The notes below the pieces were generated by a model. That model worked only from the letters and a program-made list of their open reading frames with translations. It did no database searches and had not been told where the DNA came from. From an uncultured cyanobacterium (GTDB lineage: Bacteria > Cyanobacteriota > Cyanobacteriia > Cyanobacteriales > Nostocaceae): a stretch of DNA of 64,000 nucleotides. Position numbers and translations under genes: made by a program. The stretch lies in NCBI GenBank assembly GCA_963740315.1, contig CAVUDP010000003.1, positions 518,280 to 582,279 on the forward strand, read 5' to 3'. Below, piece after piece: positions 63,252 through 64,000 of the stretch; within the stretch, counting starts at the first letter, position 1; each line of letters opens with the position of its first letter.

Positions 63252-63545
63252 ATGCGTATCTTATCCCGTAGCACCCTACGAAACTTCTGGGAATCTCACC
63301 CAGATGCTGAAGAAACACTAAAAACTTGGTACTACGAAGCGTCTCATGCTGATTGGCAGAGTCCAGTCGATATTAAGTCCGCTCATGGTAATGCCAGTAT
63401 TATTGCGAACAACCGTGTCGTTTTTAACATCAAAGGCAATACCTATCGATTGATTGTGGCAATTCGTTATGACATTGGAATTATTTTTATCCGCTTTATT
63501 GGCACTCATGCTGAGTATGACAAAGTAGACGCAGAAACAATCTAA
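63252..63545 (+). CDS. higB: HigB-family mRNA interferase toxin
   Basis: MRILSR, RVVFNIKGNTYRL, FIGTHAEYDK; ATG at 63252. Confidence 0.9.
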   Translation: MRILSRSTLRNFWESHPDAEETLKTWYYEASHADWQSPVDIKSAHGNASIIANNRVVFNIKGNTYRLIVAIRYDIGIIFIRFIGTHAEYDKVDAETI

Positions 63546-63559
63546 ACAGAGGTTAATCT

Positions 63560-63937
63560 ATGGAAATACGCCCAATTAGGACTAAAACTGACTATCAAGA
63601 AGCTCTTCGAGAGATTGAGTTGCTTTTTGATGCTGCCGAGAATACACCTTCTGCCGATCGGCTAGAGATCCTTAGTACTCTCGTAGAAGCTTATGAGAAA
63701 ATACATTTTCCGATTGAACTACCCGATCCGATTGAGGCAATTCATTATTATATGGATACTCGTGGTTTATCTCGTCGTGATTTGGAGCCATGTCTAGGTA
63801 GTAGAGCAAGGGTATCTGAGGTGCTGTCTCGTAAACGCACCTTGACTTTGGAGATGATTCGGAAGTTGAATCAGGAATTAAATATTCCGGCTGAGATTCT
63901 TATCCAACCCTATGAGTCAAAACAAGTCTCCGCATAA
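63560..63937 (+). CDS. higA: HigA-family HTH antitoxin
   Basis: LVEAYE, PDPIEAI, SEVLSRKRTLTLEMIRKL; follows the toxin. Confidence 0.9.
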   Translation: MEIRPIRTKTDYQEALREIELLFDAAENTPSADRLEILSTLVEAYEKIHFPIELPDPIEAIHYYMDTRGLSRRDLEPCLGSRARVSEVLSRKRTLTLEMIRKLNQELNIPAEILIQPYESKQVSA

Positions 63938-64000
63938 TAAAGCGATAATGCACCCGGCAGGTGATAGGCAAAGTTAACAATTTAAAGCCTTTAGGCGATC

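Noticed and set aside
692..63509. Many short antisense or alternate-frame ORFs in the track
   Set aside because: They overlap well-supported genes and show no recognisable motifs.

Overview
This is a 64 kb AT-rich chromosomal window from a cyanobacterium. HIP1 (GCGATCGC) is abundant, and heptamer STRR arrays and a DevBCA-type exporter point to a heterocyst-forming Nostocales strain (Rivularia/Calothrix-like; this assignment is inference). Core genes include three MscS channels, iscS, a BicA-like SulP transporter, a phylloquinone cluster (thioesterase, menE, menC, menA, menF), proA, yebC and a cis-prenyltransferase. No tRNA, rRNA, CRISPR array or transposase was seen. The most interesting accessory items are: (1) an APH-kinase + HopA1-like pair (class V lanthipeptide dehydratase-like) with no visible precursor, a +1 frameshift, and Fur-like boxes plus a DIF1-like motif upstream; (2) a DUF262 + HEPN pair bounded by 10-bp HIP1-like direct repeats; (3) a Shango-like TerB-C + DUF2791 pair lacking the helicase; (4) a GC-rich methyltransferase bracketed by complementary integron-cassette-like core sites; (5) a ferritin-like diiron gene + cis-prenyltransferase divergent from an HTH-STAND-TPR protein; (6) a MetOD1 + PAS histidine kinase pair; (7) a PLP enzyme / Tat-Mo oxidase / TauE sulfur cluster; and (8) many REP/REPIN, MITE and nested repeats, some translated in-frame. 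All family calls come from motif recognition, not database searches.
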